Counted from the stretch's first letter, positions 37,409 to 47,491 are shown. The stretch is 64,000 bases of DNA from an uncultured Gammaproteobacteria bacterium (GCA_964633905.1 CAZWIT010000001.1:65535-129534), one strand, 5' to 3'. Notes: a model not told the origin generated them from the letters alone. Numbers and translations are program-made.

Positions 37409-37948
37409 ATGGACATAAAAGAAATTTATAAAAAAATTATTGAACTATCATCGCAGATTTTTAATAATGATGAAGAGCAACATAAGATTGATAATAAGAT
37501 AGAAAGATTGATTGAAGAGGTTAATATAAAACTAAGATCTTTAACTGATGAGGAAAAGGATAGATTGTTATTGCCATTTTTAAATGACTTCCATAGGTTT
37601 AAATATAGAACTTATATATTAAGGACTTTGGAAAATGTTTCCACATTTAATATTAACAATTTTTTATTAGGTGAGATTTTGTTGGAAAATGATGTGTCAG
37701 GGGTAATCCCATATTTACGTATTGTTTCTTTATCAACCGGTAAAGATATTATTAAGAATCAAATAAATGATATTTATATTTCTAACAAAGTTATTCCCGA
37801 AACAAAAGAATTTAATAATCTTTGTGTGTTACTATTTTATATTGGTATTAGACAAGATGTTGCTAATAAAATGAAGCAAGATATTAATAAATTAGGTCCG
37901 AATTCAAAGAAATTCATAACTCATATATTAGAGAACTATAAGTCATAA
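37409..37948 (+). CDS. Candidate RHS immunity protein 1 (hypothetical, 179 aa)
   Basis: Small AT-rich cytoplasmic ORF 22 nt downstream of the RHS toxin gene. Confidence 0.45.
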   Translation: MDIKEIYKKIIELSSQIFNNDEEQHKIDNKIERLIEEVNIKLRSLTDEEKDRLLLPFLNDFHRFKYRTYILRTLENVSTFNINNFLLGEILLENDVSGVIPYLRIVSLSTGKDIIKNQINDIYISNKVIPETKEFNNLCVLLFYIGIRQDVANKMKQDINKLGPNSKKFITHILENYKS

Positions 37949-37963
37949 TTTAAAATAGATATT

Positions 37964-38386
37964 ATGTTAAATTATGAAAATGTTTTAGAAAAATTATTAG
38001 ATTATGTCCCTAAATTGAATAATTATAATGATTATAAGTATATTTCTGACAATGGAAATAGGAATAATCAGTATGTAGTTTTTGGTGTATTGCAGAATTT
38101 TTTTAAAGAAGTCTTTAAGGAAAAGAAGATTAAGATTTTAGAAAGTATATCAAAATTTTTAGAAGAAGCCTGTTCATCTGACGATCTTAAACTTAAAGAA
38201 TTAGGGATGTTCGGATTTATGGAGAATCTTTACGGAAATCCTGAAGATTTTGATAAAGATATGTTGGATTACTTTGGTAAAAATACTAAACAAGTATTAA
38301 TTGATACAGTAGAACACAACTCCAAAATAGGCATGGAAGATAAGGAAAAAATTTATAAACTATTCGGTGATAAATTGAATAAATAA
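37964..38386 (+). CDS. Candidate RHS immunity protein 2 (hypothetical, 140 aa)
   Basis: Second small ORF immediately downstream, the typical toxin-immunity arrangement. Confidence 0.4.
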   Translation: MLNYENVLEKLLDYVPKLNNYNDYKYISDNGNRNNQYVVFGVLQNFFKEVFKEKKIKILESISKFLEEACSSDDLKLKELGMFGFMENLYGNPEDFDKDMLDYFGKNTKQVLIDTVEHNSKIGMEDKEKIYKLFGDKLNK

Positions 38387-38513
38387 ATATTAGATAATTG
38401 CTCAAAGAAGTAGTTAAATCAAAAATCTTTTCCCTTTAAAAATAATCTCAAAAATGTTATAATACCTCTGCCTCTAGTAGAGGTATTAGCCTTTAATTTT
38501 AAAGAAAAATACT

Positions 38514-38885
38514 ATGAAAATAAGCCAATCGGCTTCTTATTTTCTGATTATTTTGATCAGCTTGGCTTTGATTTTTACTTTTGTTAGTAATAAAAGTAAA
38601 AAAGAAGATAAAATATTATTACAGACATTGAGTTGTCAATCTGATAAAATTGATCAATCTATTTTAAGTTTAAACGCCAAAACTACTTTGATTGGCGCTT
38701 ATATTAATTTTAAAAAAGTGCCAATTACTCAAGCAGAAAAAGATCAGCTTAATAAATTAAAAGTTATGATTGATGAAAAAAGCTGGATTTTTGAAAGAGC
38801 GCAAGCACAAATTCCGACTGCTAGTTTATGCGAATTAATTCAATCGGAAAACATTGATTATATTTTTATTCCTCAATTCAACTAA
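38514..38885 (+). CDS. Hypothetical small membrane-anchored protein
   Basis: N-terminal TM (SYFLIILISLALIFTFV). Ends 1 nt before pgk. Confidence 0.4.
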   Translation: MKISQSASYFLIILISLALIFTFVSNKSKKEDKILLQTLSCQSDKIDQSILSLNAKTTLIGAYINFKKVPITQAEKDQLNKLKVMIDEKSWIFERAQAQIPTASLCELIQSENIDYIFIPQFN

Positions 38886-38886
38886 T

Positions 38887-40050
38887 ATGCAATTAAAAAC
38901 AGTTCAATCAATTGAAAAGCTAGAAGGGCAAAGAGTTTTGTTGCGCTTAGATTTAAATGTGCCTTTAAAAGATGGCCAAGTTGCCAAAGATGGTCAAGAG
39001 AGGATTATTAGATCTTTAGCAACTATCAAATATCTGCAAGACAAGGGTGCTAAAGTTATTATCGTAGCTCATTTAGGGCGTCCAGAGGGTAAGGCTGTCA
39101 AAAAATATTCTCTAAAGCCAGTGGCTTTAAGCTTGTCTAAGTTTTTGAAAACTCCAGTAGCTTTGTGGGATAAAGATATTGTTAGTTATCGTAAGGCCAG
39201 CGAGGAACTCGAGCCTGGTCAGGTTGTATTATTGGAAAATATTCGTTTTCAAGAACGTGAGCAAAAAAATTGTAAAAGATTAGCTAAAAAATTAAGCTCT
39301 TTAGCTGATGTCTATGTTAATGATGCTTTTGCTAATATTCATCGCCAAGATACTTCCATGTATACTATTACTTATTTTTTACCTAGTTATGCCGGCTTGC
39401 TTTTACAAGAAGAAATAAAATATTTAAGCAAAGCACAAGCCGAAGAAGCTGGTTTAGTAGTATTACTAGGCGGGGCTAAAGTTTCTACTAAAATTAAATT
39501 AATTAAAAAATTTATTTTATCAGCTGAAAACATCATGATTGGTGGCGCTATTGCTAATACTATGCTAGCGGCCAAGGGTTTGAGTGTAGGTAAATCAGTC
39601 AAAGATAAAGATTATTTAGATGTGGCTCGGCAATTATTGTATCGCAAAGTGCTGTTGCCAGTTGATGTGGTAGTTGCTTCTTCTTTAGACGGTCGTAGCA
39701 CTAGGATAGTGCCAGTTGATAAAATAGCAGCCAGTGATGTGATTATTGATATTGGACCGCAGACTGTCAGGCAGTATTTGAAAATACTAGCCAAAGCAAA
39801 GCTTATAGTTTGGAATGGTCCTTTGGGTTATTTTGAAAACAGTCAGGGCAGGCAGGGCTCTAGCACTATTATGAAAGTAATTTCCAAATATCGGGCCCAG
39901 ACTATTATTGGCGGCGGTGAAACAGTGGAACTAGTTAATTTATTAAAATTAAAAAATAATTTTTCTTTTATTTCTACTGGTGGTGGTGCTATGTTGTCTT
40001 TTTTGCAGGGTGACGTTTTACCGTCTTTAAATAGGTTAAAGAAAACTTAA
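38887..40050 (+). CDS. pgk: Phosphoglycerate kinase
   Basis: MQLKTVQSIEKLEGQRVLLRLDLNVPLKDGQ… The likely true start is ATG 38887; the track ORF 38854 is a 5' extension. Confidence 0.9.
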   Translation: MQLKTVQSIEKLEGQRVLLRLDLNVPLKDGQVAKDGQERIIRSLATIKYLQDKGAKVIIVAHLGRPEGKAVKKYSLKPVALSLSKFLKTPVALWDKDIVSYRKASEELEPGQVVLLENIRFQEREQKNCKRLAKKLSSLADVYVNDAFANIHRQDTSMYTITYFLPSYAGLLLQEEIKYLSKAQAEEAGLVVLLGGAKVSTKIKLIKKFILSAENIMIGGAIANTMLAAKGLSVGKSVKDKDYLDVARQLLYRKVLLPVDVVVASSLDGRSTRIVPVDKIAASDVIIDIGPQTVRQYLKILAKAKLIVWNGPLGYFENSQGRQGSSTIMKVISKYRAQTIIGGGETVELVNLLKLKNNFSFISTGGGAMLSFLQGDVLPSLNRLKKT

Positions 40051-40088
40051 AATGTAATTCTTGAGATTATAATTTAATAAGAAAAGCG

Positions 40089-40313
40089 ATGGATAAACAA
40101 TATTTTGTTTATATTTTGAGTAATCAGAATAATAATGTGCTATATGTAGGAATTACTAATGATTTAGAACGTAGGATTTTTGAACATAAACATAAATTAA
40201 TAGCCAGTTTTACAAAAAAATATTATGTTAATAAATTAGTCTACTATGAAGAATATGATAATGCTTATGATGCTATAGTTCGTGAGAAACAGTTGAAAAA
40301 TTGGCATAGGTAA
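40089..40313 (+). CDS. GIY-YIG nuclease-domain small protein (second copy)
   Basis: YFVYILSNQNNNVLYVGITNDLERRIFEH. Confidence 0.65.
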   Translation: MDKQYFVYILSNQNNNVLYVGITNDLERRIFEHKHKLIASFTKKYYVNKLVYYEEYDNAYDAIVREKQLKNWHR

Positions 40314-40387
40314 TGGAAAATTAATTTAGTAGAATCGGTTAATAAAAATTGGGAAGATTTAAGTAAAGAATTTATATAAATATCAAT

Positions 40388-40465
40388 TAGTCATCCTGAA
40401 CTTGTTTCAGGATCTCCAATTAACTATAGTAACTTGGAGATGCCGAAATAAATTCGGCATGACAA
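40388..40465 (+). repeat. Structured hairpin repeat element, copy 3 (GTCATCC-stem-ACTTGnT-stem-GGAT family)
   Basis: GTCATCCTGAACTTGTTTCAGGAT plus two further interlocked hairpins (ATCTCCAA…TTGGAGAT; ATGCCGAA-ATAAA-TTCGGCAT). 19/24 match to the copies at 48821 and 60790, with compensatory stem changes. Confidence 0.6.
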
Positions 40466-40483
40466 AAATAAATAATTAAACTA

Positions 40484-41755
40484 ATGCCGCTTAAAATAAA
40501 AAAAATAAGTGCTCAAGAAATTTTAGACTCACGGGGCAATCCAACCCTCGAGGTTAGTGTTGAGTTGGCTAATGGTTTTGTGGCTAGCGCTGGCGTGCCT
40601 TCTGGGGCTTCCACGGGCCGTTGGGAAGCTTTTGAATTAAGGGATGCAGATCAACATCGCTATGATGGTCTCGGTGTTTTAAAAGCGCTTAAAAACGTTA
40701 ATACTATTTTAAATGAAGAATTAAGTGGTTTGCAAGTTACTGAGCAAGCTCAAATTGACCAACTAATGATTGAGCTGGATGGTACTAAAAATAAAAGTAA
40801 CTTAGGGGCCAATGCTATTCTAGGTGTTTCTTTGGCAGTAGCCAAAGTTGCGGCTAAGGCTAATAATCTGCAACTCTATCAGTACTTGCGTCAATTGTAT
40901 AATAATAAATTAACTAAATATACAATGCCTACGCCAGTAGTCAATGTGATTAATGGTGGTAAGCACGGCAGTACTAATATTGATTTGCAAGAATTTTGGC
41001 TAGTGCCACATCAAGCTCATACTTTTGCTGATAAGCTAAGGCAAGCTAGTGAAATATTCCATGAGCTAGCAAATGTATTACATAATGTTGGTATGGATAT
41101 TGATCTGGGTAATGAAGGCGGTTATTCACCGGAAGCTAAAAGTCATCATCAAATTTTTGATTTATTGATGCAAGCAATCCATAAGAGTGGTTTTTCGGCA
41201 CCCGATGATATTGTTTTAGGTATTGATGCGGGGGCATCAGTATTTTATGATGAGATGGCAAGTACTTATCAATTAAAATTAGAAAAGAAAAAATATAGTT
41301 CGGATGAGCTAGCTGATTTTTATACTGAATTAATGCAAGCTTATCCTTTGCGTTTTTTAGAAGATCCTTTTGATCAAGAAGATTGGTCTGCTTGGCAGCA
41401 TTTTACTAAAGATGATTTTGTGACTAACCATAAAGTAAAAATTATCGGCGATGATTTATTTGTGACTAATGTTAGTCGTTTGCAAAAAGGTATTAAATTA
41501 AAAGCTGCTAATACAATTTTGATAAAACCAAACCAGATTGGAACGCTGACAGAAACTTTAGCAGCGATCAGTTTAGCACAAGCAAGTAACTACCAAATAA
41601 TGATTTCTCATCGTAGCGGTGAAACTACAGATACTACTATTGCCGATCTTGCAGTAGCTGTAAATGCTGAGTATATCAAAACTGGCTCTACTGCAAGGGG
41701 TGAGCGGATTGCTAAATATAATCGTTTATTAAGTATTGAAACTAGACTCAAGTAA
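40484..41755 (+). CDS. eno: Enolase
   Basis: EILDSRGNPTLEVSVEL…, 423 aa. Confidence 0.95.
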   Translation: MPLKIKKISAQEILDSRGNPTLEVSVELANGFVASAGVPSGASTGRWEAFELRDADQHRYDGLGVLKALKNVNTILNEELSGLQVTEQAQIDQLMIELDGTKNKSNLGANAILGVSLAVAKVAAKANNLQLYQYLRQLYNNKLTKYTMPTPVVNVINGGKHGSTNIDLQEFWLVPHQAHTFADKLRQASEIFHELANVLHNVGMDIDLGNEGGYSPEAKSHHQIFDLLMQAIHKSGFSAPDDIVLGIDAGASVFYDEMASTYQLKLEKKKYSSDELADFYTELMQAYPLRFLEDPFDQEDWSAWQHFTKDDFVTNHKVKIIGDDLFVTNVSRLQKGIKLKAANTILIKPNQIGTLTETLAAISLAQASNYQIMISHRSGETTDTTIADLAVAVNAEYIKTGSTARGERIAKYNRLLSIETRLK

Positions 41756-41762
41756 ATAATTT

Positions 41763-43346
41763 ATGCCAAGAATAAATTTTCATCGCAATGATAAAACAAG
41801 TGGGCCGGTAGTTTTGGCTATTTTAGATGGCTGGGGTATTAGTAAGGAAAATACAGGTAATGCTTTTGTTTTAGCTAAAAAACCAACTTTTGATAATTTA
41901 TTTAAAAAGTATCCACATGCAAAACTAGCCGCGTCTGGTGTCGAGGTTGGTTTGCCTGCTGGTCAGCCCGGAAATTCAGAGGCTGGTCATATGAATATTG
42001 GTGCTGGTCGGGTAGTTGAGCAGGATGCTGTTACTGTTTCCCGTTCTATTAATAATGGTACTTTTTTTAAGAACCCAGCTTTTTTGCAAGCCATCAAGCA
42101 TGTGAATAAACATAAATCTAGTATTCATCTGATGGGTTTGATTTCCAATGTTTCTAGCCCGCATTCTGATACTGATCATCTTTTATCTTTGTTAAGCTTG
42201 TTTCAACAAAAAACTAAACAACCGATTTATTTGCATTTATTTACTGATGGCCGTGATAGTCCAATTTTTGCTTCAGCTAAAATTTTAGCTCACTATCGTC
42301 ATATTTTTGATTCAGAGCGCGTGCATATTGCTACTATCATGGGTCGTTTTTATGCTATGGATAGAAAAAAGGCTTGGGATAGGACAAGGGCTGCTTATGA
42401 GGCTATGACTTTAGCCAAAGCCGAATTTTTTGCAGCTAATGCCGAGTCTGCTGTATCAGCGGCTTATGCTAGAGGTGAGAGTGATGAGTTTATCAAACCC
42501 ACAGTTATTTTAAATGGTAAAAAACCAGTAGCTACTATTGGTAATAATGACTCGGTAGTATTTTTTAATTTGCGTTCTGATCGAGCGCGACAGTTGAGCA
42601 AAGTTTTTGTTCAAGCTGATTTTGTCAAAAAAAATCCAGGTGCTTTTAAACCCAGTAAAGTTTTAAATAATTTAGTGTTTGTGGCTTTGACTGACTTTGG
42701 GCCAGATTTAGATAGTATTTTGACTGCTTATCCAGGTATAGATTTAGCTGATACTTTAGTGGCCAGTCTAAAAGATAAACGTCAGCTTTATATTGCTGAA
42801 ACCGAAAAATATGCCCATGTTACTTATTTTTTTAATGGCGGTTATGATCATGCGATTGTTGGTGAGACTAGAGTCAATATTCCTAGTCAAGAAGTAGATT
42901 CTTATGATATGTCTCCAGCTATGTCAGCATCACAAATTAGCAAATATATTGTTGATGTCTTACAAAATAAGCAATTTGATTTTGTAACTGTTAATTTTGC
43001 TAATCTTGATATGGTTGGACATACTGGCAATCTCCAGGCTGCTATTAAAGCCATTGAAGCAGTAGATTTGGCTTTAACTGATATTTTAAAAGCAGTTTTT
43101 GATCATAATGGTACTTTAATAGTTACAGCTGATCATGGTAATATAGAAGAGATGATAAATTTAAAAACTGGCGAAATTGATACCGAACATTCTATTAATC
43201 CAGTGCCATTTATTGTTGCTCAAAAAAATATAAAATATAAAATAAAAAGTAATGGCAGTTTGAGTAATATTGCTCCAACTATTTTAGAAATTATGAATGT
43301 TGATAAACCACTGGCCATGACTGCTAAATCTTTAATTATAAAATAA
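41763..43346 (+). CDS. gpmI: 2,3-bisphosphoglycerate-independent phosphoglycerate mutase (copy 1)
   Basis: ILDGWG, GNSEAGH (catalytic Ser), YAHVTYFFNGG, ADHGN. Confidence 0.9.
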   Translation: MPRINFHRNDKTSGPVVLAILDGWGISKENTGNAFVLAKKPTFDNLFKKYPHAKLAASGVEVGLPAGQPGNSEAGHMNIGAGRVVEQDAVTVSRSINNGTFFKNPAFLQAIKHVNKHKSSIHLMGLISNVSSPHSDTDHLLSLLSLFQQKTKQPIYLHLFTDGRDSPIFASAKILAHYRHIFDSERVHIATIMGRFYAMDRKKAWDRTRAAYEAMTLAKAEFFAANAESAVSAAYARGESDEFIKPTVILNGKKPVATIGNNDSVVFFNLRSDRARQLSKVFVQADFVKKNPGAFKPSKVLNNLVFVALTDFGPDLDSILTAYPGIDLADTLVASLKDKRQLYIAETEKYAHVTYFFNGGYDHAIVGETRVNIPSQEVDSYDMSPAMSASQISKYIVDVLQNKQFDFVTVNFANLDMVGHTGNLQAAIKAIEAVDLALTDILKAVFDHNGTLIVTADHGNIEEMINLKTGEIDTEHSINPVPFIVAQKNIKYKIKSNGSLSNIAPTILEIMNVDKPLAMTAKSLIIK

Positions 43347-43347
43347 A

Positions 43348-44925
43348 ATGAAAAGACCTCGCCCAGTAGTTTTGCTTATTCTTGATGGTTTTGGTATTGC
43401 GCCACCTTCGCGCGCTAATGCTATTTCTTTAGCTAAAACCCCAAATTTTGATAAATATTCGGTGCATTATCCAATCATGCCCATTGCTGCTTCGGGTGAA
43501 GCGGTAGGCTTGTCTTGGGGCGAGATGGGTAATAGCCAAGTCGGACACTTATCTTTGGGCTCAGGTTTAATTCCTTATCAAAATTTACCTAGGATTAATA
43601 AATCAATTACCGACGGCAGTTTTTTTAATAACGAAGCATTTTTAGCAGCCATCAAGCACACTCAAGACCATAATAGTGCTTTGCATATTTTAGGTTTAGT
43701 AAGTTCTGGTGGTGTGCATAGCTATAATGAACATCTTTATGCTTTGTTAGAATTAGCGCGTAAGCATAAAGTCAATCAGGTTTATGTGCATGCTTTTTTG
43801 GATGGTCGCGATACGCTCTATAATAGCGGTGTTAATTTTATTTCTAAATTACAAGAAAAATTAAGAAGTATTGGCGTCGGAGTTATCGCAACTGTGGGAG
43901 GGCGTTTTTATAGCATGGATAGGGATAATCGTTGGGATCGGGTTGCTAAAGCTTATGAGGCTATGGTTTTGGGTCAATCTCAAGATAAATATGACGATCC
44001 TATTACTGCTATTCAAGAGTCTTACAAAAAAAATATTTTCGATGAAGAAATGGTGCCCAGTGTTATTATTGATGACTTGGGGCAAGCTAAAGGTAAGATT
44101 AAAGACGGTGATGCAGTAATATTTTTTAATTTTCGTTCAGATCGGGCCAGACAAATGACAGAAGCTTTGACTGTTCCGGGTTTTGAAAAATTCCCTCGTG
44201 AATATTTTAAAGATTTATTCTTGGTGACCATGACCGAATATGAAAAGGATTTGCCAGTTAAAGTTGCTTTCCCACCATTGATAATCGATACGCCACTAGC
44301 TAAAGTAATTTCAGATGCTGGCTTAAAACAATTGCATATTGCTGAAACCGAAAAATATGCACACGTTACTTACTTTTTTAATGGCGGGCAAGAGCAAATT
44401 TATGCAGGTGAAGATAGGATTTTGGTGCCTTCTCCCCAGGTTGTGTCTTATGATCAAAAACCAGCTATGTCAGCACGGGAAATTACTAATAAGATTAATC
44501 AGGCTATTAAAGAAGGTAAATATGATTTTATTGTTGCTAATTTTGCTAATCCTGATATGGTGGCTCATACCGGTAATTTGCAGGCGACAATTGAAGCTAT
44601 TGAATTATTAGATCAATTAATTAATGAAATTGTAGAGGTTACTTTGTCTTATGAGGGCGTTGTTTTAATTACCGCCGATCATGGCAATGCTGAAGGTTTA
44701 TTTGATTTACAAACTGGTGAAATCGAAAAAGAGCATAGTAATAGTCCGGTGCCTTTATTTATCATTGGTTCGGAATTTGCTGGTAAAAGCGTTTTAACTG
44801 GTCTTACAAGCTCGGATCTTAGTCGCATTACGCCAGTTGGTGTTTTGGCTGATGTGGCCCCCACAATTTTAAAAATTATGGGTATTAAAAAACCACCAGC
44901 TATGACTGGCAGTTCCTTAATTTAA
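43348..44925 (+). CDS. 2,3-bisphosphoglycerate-independent phosphoglycerate mutase (tandem paralog, copy 2)
   Basis: ILDGFG, GNSQVGH, YAHVTYFFNGG, ADHGN. ~40% identity to copy 1. 1-nt intergenic gap. Confidence 0.85.
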   Translation: MKRPRPVVLLILDGFGIAPPSRANAISLAKTPNFDKYSVHYPIMPIAASGEAVGLSWGEMGNSQVGHLSLGSGLIPYQNLPRINKSITDGSFFNNEAFLAAIKHTQDHNSALHILGLVSSGGVHSYNEHLYALLELARKHKVNQVYVHAFLDGRDTLYNSGVNFISKLQEKLRSIGVGVIATVGGRFYSMDRDNRWDRVAKAYEAMVLGQSQDKYDDPITAIQESYKKNIFDEEMVPSVIIDDLGQAKGKIKDGDAVIFFNFRSDRARQMTEALTVPGFEKFPREYFKDLFLVTMTEYEKDLPVKVAFPPLIIDTPLAKVISDAGLKQLHIAETEKYAHVTYFFNGGQEQIYAGEDRILVPSPQVVSYDQKPAMSAREITNKINQAIKEGKYDFIVANFANPDMVAHTGNLQATIEAIELLDQLINEIVEVTLSYEGVVLITADHGNAEGLFDLQTGEIEKEHSNSPVPLFIIGSEFAGKSVLTGLTSSDLSRITPVGVLADVAPTILKIMGIKKPPAMTGSSLI

Positions 44926-44929
44926 AAAA

Positions 44930-45361
44930 TTAGTTAGGCCAAATATTGATTAGTAAAAAAGTAGTTACTAGACCCAAGATAATACCGACTAGTACTTCGC
45001 TGTTTTTGTGGCCAAAACGTTCTTCTAAAACCGGATAGTGATATTCCTTATTATCAGGTAGCTCTTTGATCAATTGGTTTATTAATTTGCTGTTTTTACC
45101 AATTTGCCAGCGGATACCAGTAGCATCACGGATAGTCAGCAGGGCTAAAATTAAAGCTAAAGCAAAGCTAGGCGAATCAAAGCCTTGAAATTTAGCCATT
45201 AGATAAACTAGGGAAGTAACAACTGCAGCGTGAGAAGAGGGCATGCCGCCGTAGCTAAGTATTGAAAACCAAGTAAATTTGCCTTGAAACATTTCAATGA
45301 CAACCTTGATTAATTGGTTTAAAATCATTACTATAAGGGGGATAAGAAATAGTTGATACAT
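44930..45361 (-). CDS. Divergent PAP2/DUF212-family membrane protein
   Basis: YGGMPSSHAA signature. Confidence 0.7.
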   Translation of the reverse strand: MYQLFLIPLIVMILNQLIKVVIEMFQGKFTWFSILSYGGMPSSHAAVVTSLVYLMAKFQGFDSPSFALALILALLTIRDATGIRWQIGKNSKLINQLIKELPDNKEYHYPVLEERFGHKNSEVLVGIILGLVTTFLLINIWPN

Positions 45362-45410
45362 AAGTTTTTATTATAATATAATCATTATAACAAATAATTA
45401 CTAAAATACA

Positions 45411-46166
45411 ATGAATTGGTGGCAGAGTATAATTTTGGGTATTAGTCAGGGCATTACTGAATGGCTACCCATTTCTAGTGACGGACATTTGGTTTTGCTA
45501 GAAAAAATAATGGCTGTGCAAGTTAATATTGCTTTTGATATTTTTTTACATCTAGGTAGTTTACTAGTAATCATTATTTTTTTCCGAGAGCAACTTAAAA
45601 ATTTCGTAAAAGATTTTTTTAAAAAACCAAGTAACTGGCCTGAGGACAGAAAAAAATGGTGGCAGTATTTTTTGATAAGTACTTTGCTTACTGGGATAAT
45701 TGGTTTGAGCATTTATCCTTTTATCGAAAATTTACGCACCTTAGAAATAGCTGCTTATGGTTTTTTATTAACTAGTTTATTTGTAGGGGCTAGCTTTTGG
45801 TCTAAAGAAAAAAGAGATTTTGGCTATATAATTGCTATTTTAATTGGCATTGTCCAAGGTTTGGCAGTCTTACCAGGTGTTTCTCGTAGCGGTTTAAGTT
45901 TGTCAGTAGCTTTACTATATGGCTTGAAGCGCCAAGCCGCCTTTGATTACGTTTTTATACTAGCGATTCCAGCGATCATTGCTTCTTTTATTTTATCAGT
46001 CAAAGATTTAGCTTGGCAGCCGGTTTATTTATTGGGATTTTTTACCACAATTATCGTTGGTCTACTAGCTTTAAATTTACTTAGGAAAATTGTCCAGCAT
46101 AATAAATTTTATCAATTTTGTTTTTATACTTTAGTATTAGGTATAGTAATTTTAGTTTTAAATTAA
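45411..46166 (+). CDS. uppP: Undecaprenyl-diphosphatase
   Basis: GISQGITEWLPISSDGHL motif. Confidence 0.85.
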   Translation: MNWWQSIILGISQGITEWLPISSDGHLVLLEKIMAVQVNIAFDIFLHLGSLLVIIIFFREQLKNFVKDFFKKPSNWPEDRKKWWQYFLISTLLTGIIGLSIYPFIENLRTLEIAAYGFLLTSLFVGASFWSKEKRDFGYIIAILIGIVQGLAVLPGVSRSGLSLSVALLYGLKRQAAFDYVFILAIPAIIASFILSVKDLAWQPVYLLGFFTTIIVGLLALNLLRKIVQHNKFYQFCFYTLVLGIVILVLN

Positions 46167-46167
46167 T

Positions 46168-47169
46168 ATGAAGATTTTTAAGAAGATATTATCACTCATT
46201 TTTTTAGGAGTATTAGTTTTTGCGCTTTGGTTTGCTTATAATCTATTTTTCAATAATGCTTTAAGTAAAGATCAGAGTTTTAGTATTGAAACTGGTCAGG
46301 GCGTTAATCAAATAAGCGCCAATTTATTTGATCAAGGTATTATTAGAAATAAATTTGTTTTTGAAACTTGGCTATGGTTAAAAAGGGAAGAAAATAAAGT
46401 AGTGGCCGGAGTTTATGATCTGCCGAGGGGGATTAGTATTTATCGTTTAAGTAATACGATCACTAAATTACCAGCCAATAGTCAACGTTCAGTTTTGCTG
46501 CCCGAAGGTTTAGACCGTAGGAGTGTTGCTGAAATTTTAAAAAATAAAGGTTTTGATGCCGATAAATTTTTATTAATTAGTGGTGATAAAGGGGAGTGGC
46601 AGACAGAATTTACTTTTTTGCGGGATGCTCCACGCATTGCTAGCTTAGAAGGTTATATTTTTCCAGACACTTATTTTGTTGATAAATATACAACAGTTGA
46701 GGATTTTATTAAGAAGACTTTAGCTAATTTTGATCGGAAATTAAGTGATAAATTAAGAGCGGAAATTGTTACTCAAAATCAAACCATCTTTGAAGTAGTC
46801 ACTTTGGCTTCTATTATTGAGCGTGAAGTGCCTAATGACTCTGACAAAAAAATGATTGCTGATATTTTTTTAAAGCGCTTAAAGATTAATATGGCTTTGC
46901 AGTCGGATGCCACTGTTAATTTTGTGACTGGCAAGGGTTTAGCTCAGCCGACCTATGCAGATTTGGAAGTTGATTCACCTTATAATACTTATAAAAACCC
47001 AGGCTTGCCTCCGGGCCCTATTTCTAGTCCAGGTATTAGTAGCATTGAAGCTGTTTTATATCCAACTCCTAATGATTATTATTATTTCCTAACTGATAAA
47101 GAAGGTAAAGTTTATTACGCCAAAACTTATGACGAACATTTAGCTAATAAGGCAAAATATTTAGACTAG
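46168..47169 (+). CDS. mltG: Endolytic murein transglycosylase MltG/YceG-like
   Basis: N-terminal TM plus YceG-like domain (…VTLASIIEREV…). Confidence 0.75.
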   Translation: MKIFKKILSLIFLGVLVFALWFAYNLFFNNALSKDQSFSIETGQGVNQISANLFDQGIIRNKFVFETWLWLKREENKVVAGVYDLPRGISIYRLSNTITKLPANSQRSVLLPEGLDRRSVAEILKNKGFDADKFLLISGDKGEWQTEFTFLRDAPRIASLEGYIFPDTYFVDKYTTVEDFIKKTLANFDRKLSDKLRAEIVTQNQTIFEVVTLASIIEREVPNDSDKKMIADIFLKRLKINMALQSDATVNFVTGKGLAQPTYADLEVDSPYNTYKNPGLPPGPISSPGISSIEAVLYPTPNDYYYFLTDKEGKVYYAKTYDEHLANKAKYLD

Positions 47170-47192
47170 GTTTTATTTATAATCTAAAATTA

Positions 47193-47225
47193 AAAAAAGA
47201 AGCCCGTCGCGTGTGCAACGGGCAA
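47193..47225 (-). terminator. Intrinsic terminator for the GC-rich cassette gene (minus strand)
   Basis: Minus-strand GCCCGTTGCACACGCGACGGGC followed by TTCTTTTTTT. Confidence 0.65.
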
Positions 47226-47257
47226 TCATTGAGACTTGCTCGGGGCCAGAGACTCTC

Positions 47258-47491
47258 TTAGTACTCGTCATCGATAGGAGTCAATTTTCCTTCGATGTGG
47301 TGGAAGTCCCCCACGCCGAGGTATTTTGCATCGTCCCAGTTGCTGGAGGGGGTTGCTTGGCCTTCCTCCACGGTCTTAGCCTCGGTAATCTCGACCACTT
47401 TACCTTCGATCTGGTAGAAGACTTTGTGATCCTGGTACGTCGCTACGACCTCGGCCTGTTTGGCCGAATAGAAGAGGTGAGTTTTCTTCAC
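47258..47491 (-). CDS. Hypothetical 77-aa protein, GC-rich (~55%) foreign-looking cassette gene 'A'
   Basis: SD AGGAGG upstream of GTG 47491. Codon usage and GC are unlike the host. Own promoter and terminator. The plus-strand ORF 47213..47548 is its shadow. Confidence 0.55.
   Translation of the reverse strand: MKKTHLFYSAKQAEVVATYQDHKVFYQIEGKVVEITEAKTVEEGQATPSSNWDDAKYLGVGDFHHIEGKLTPIDDEY

Noticed and set aside
38390-38513. 9-bp hairpin TACCTCT…AGAGGTA upstream of ORF 38514 as a terminator
   Set aside because: It is not followed by a T-run and occurs as a single copy, so it was left unannotated.
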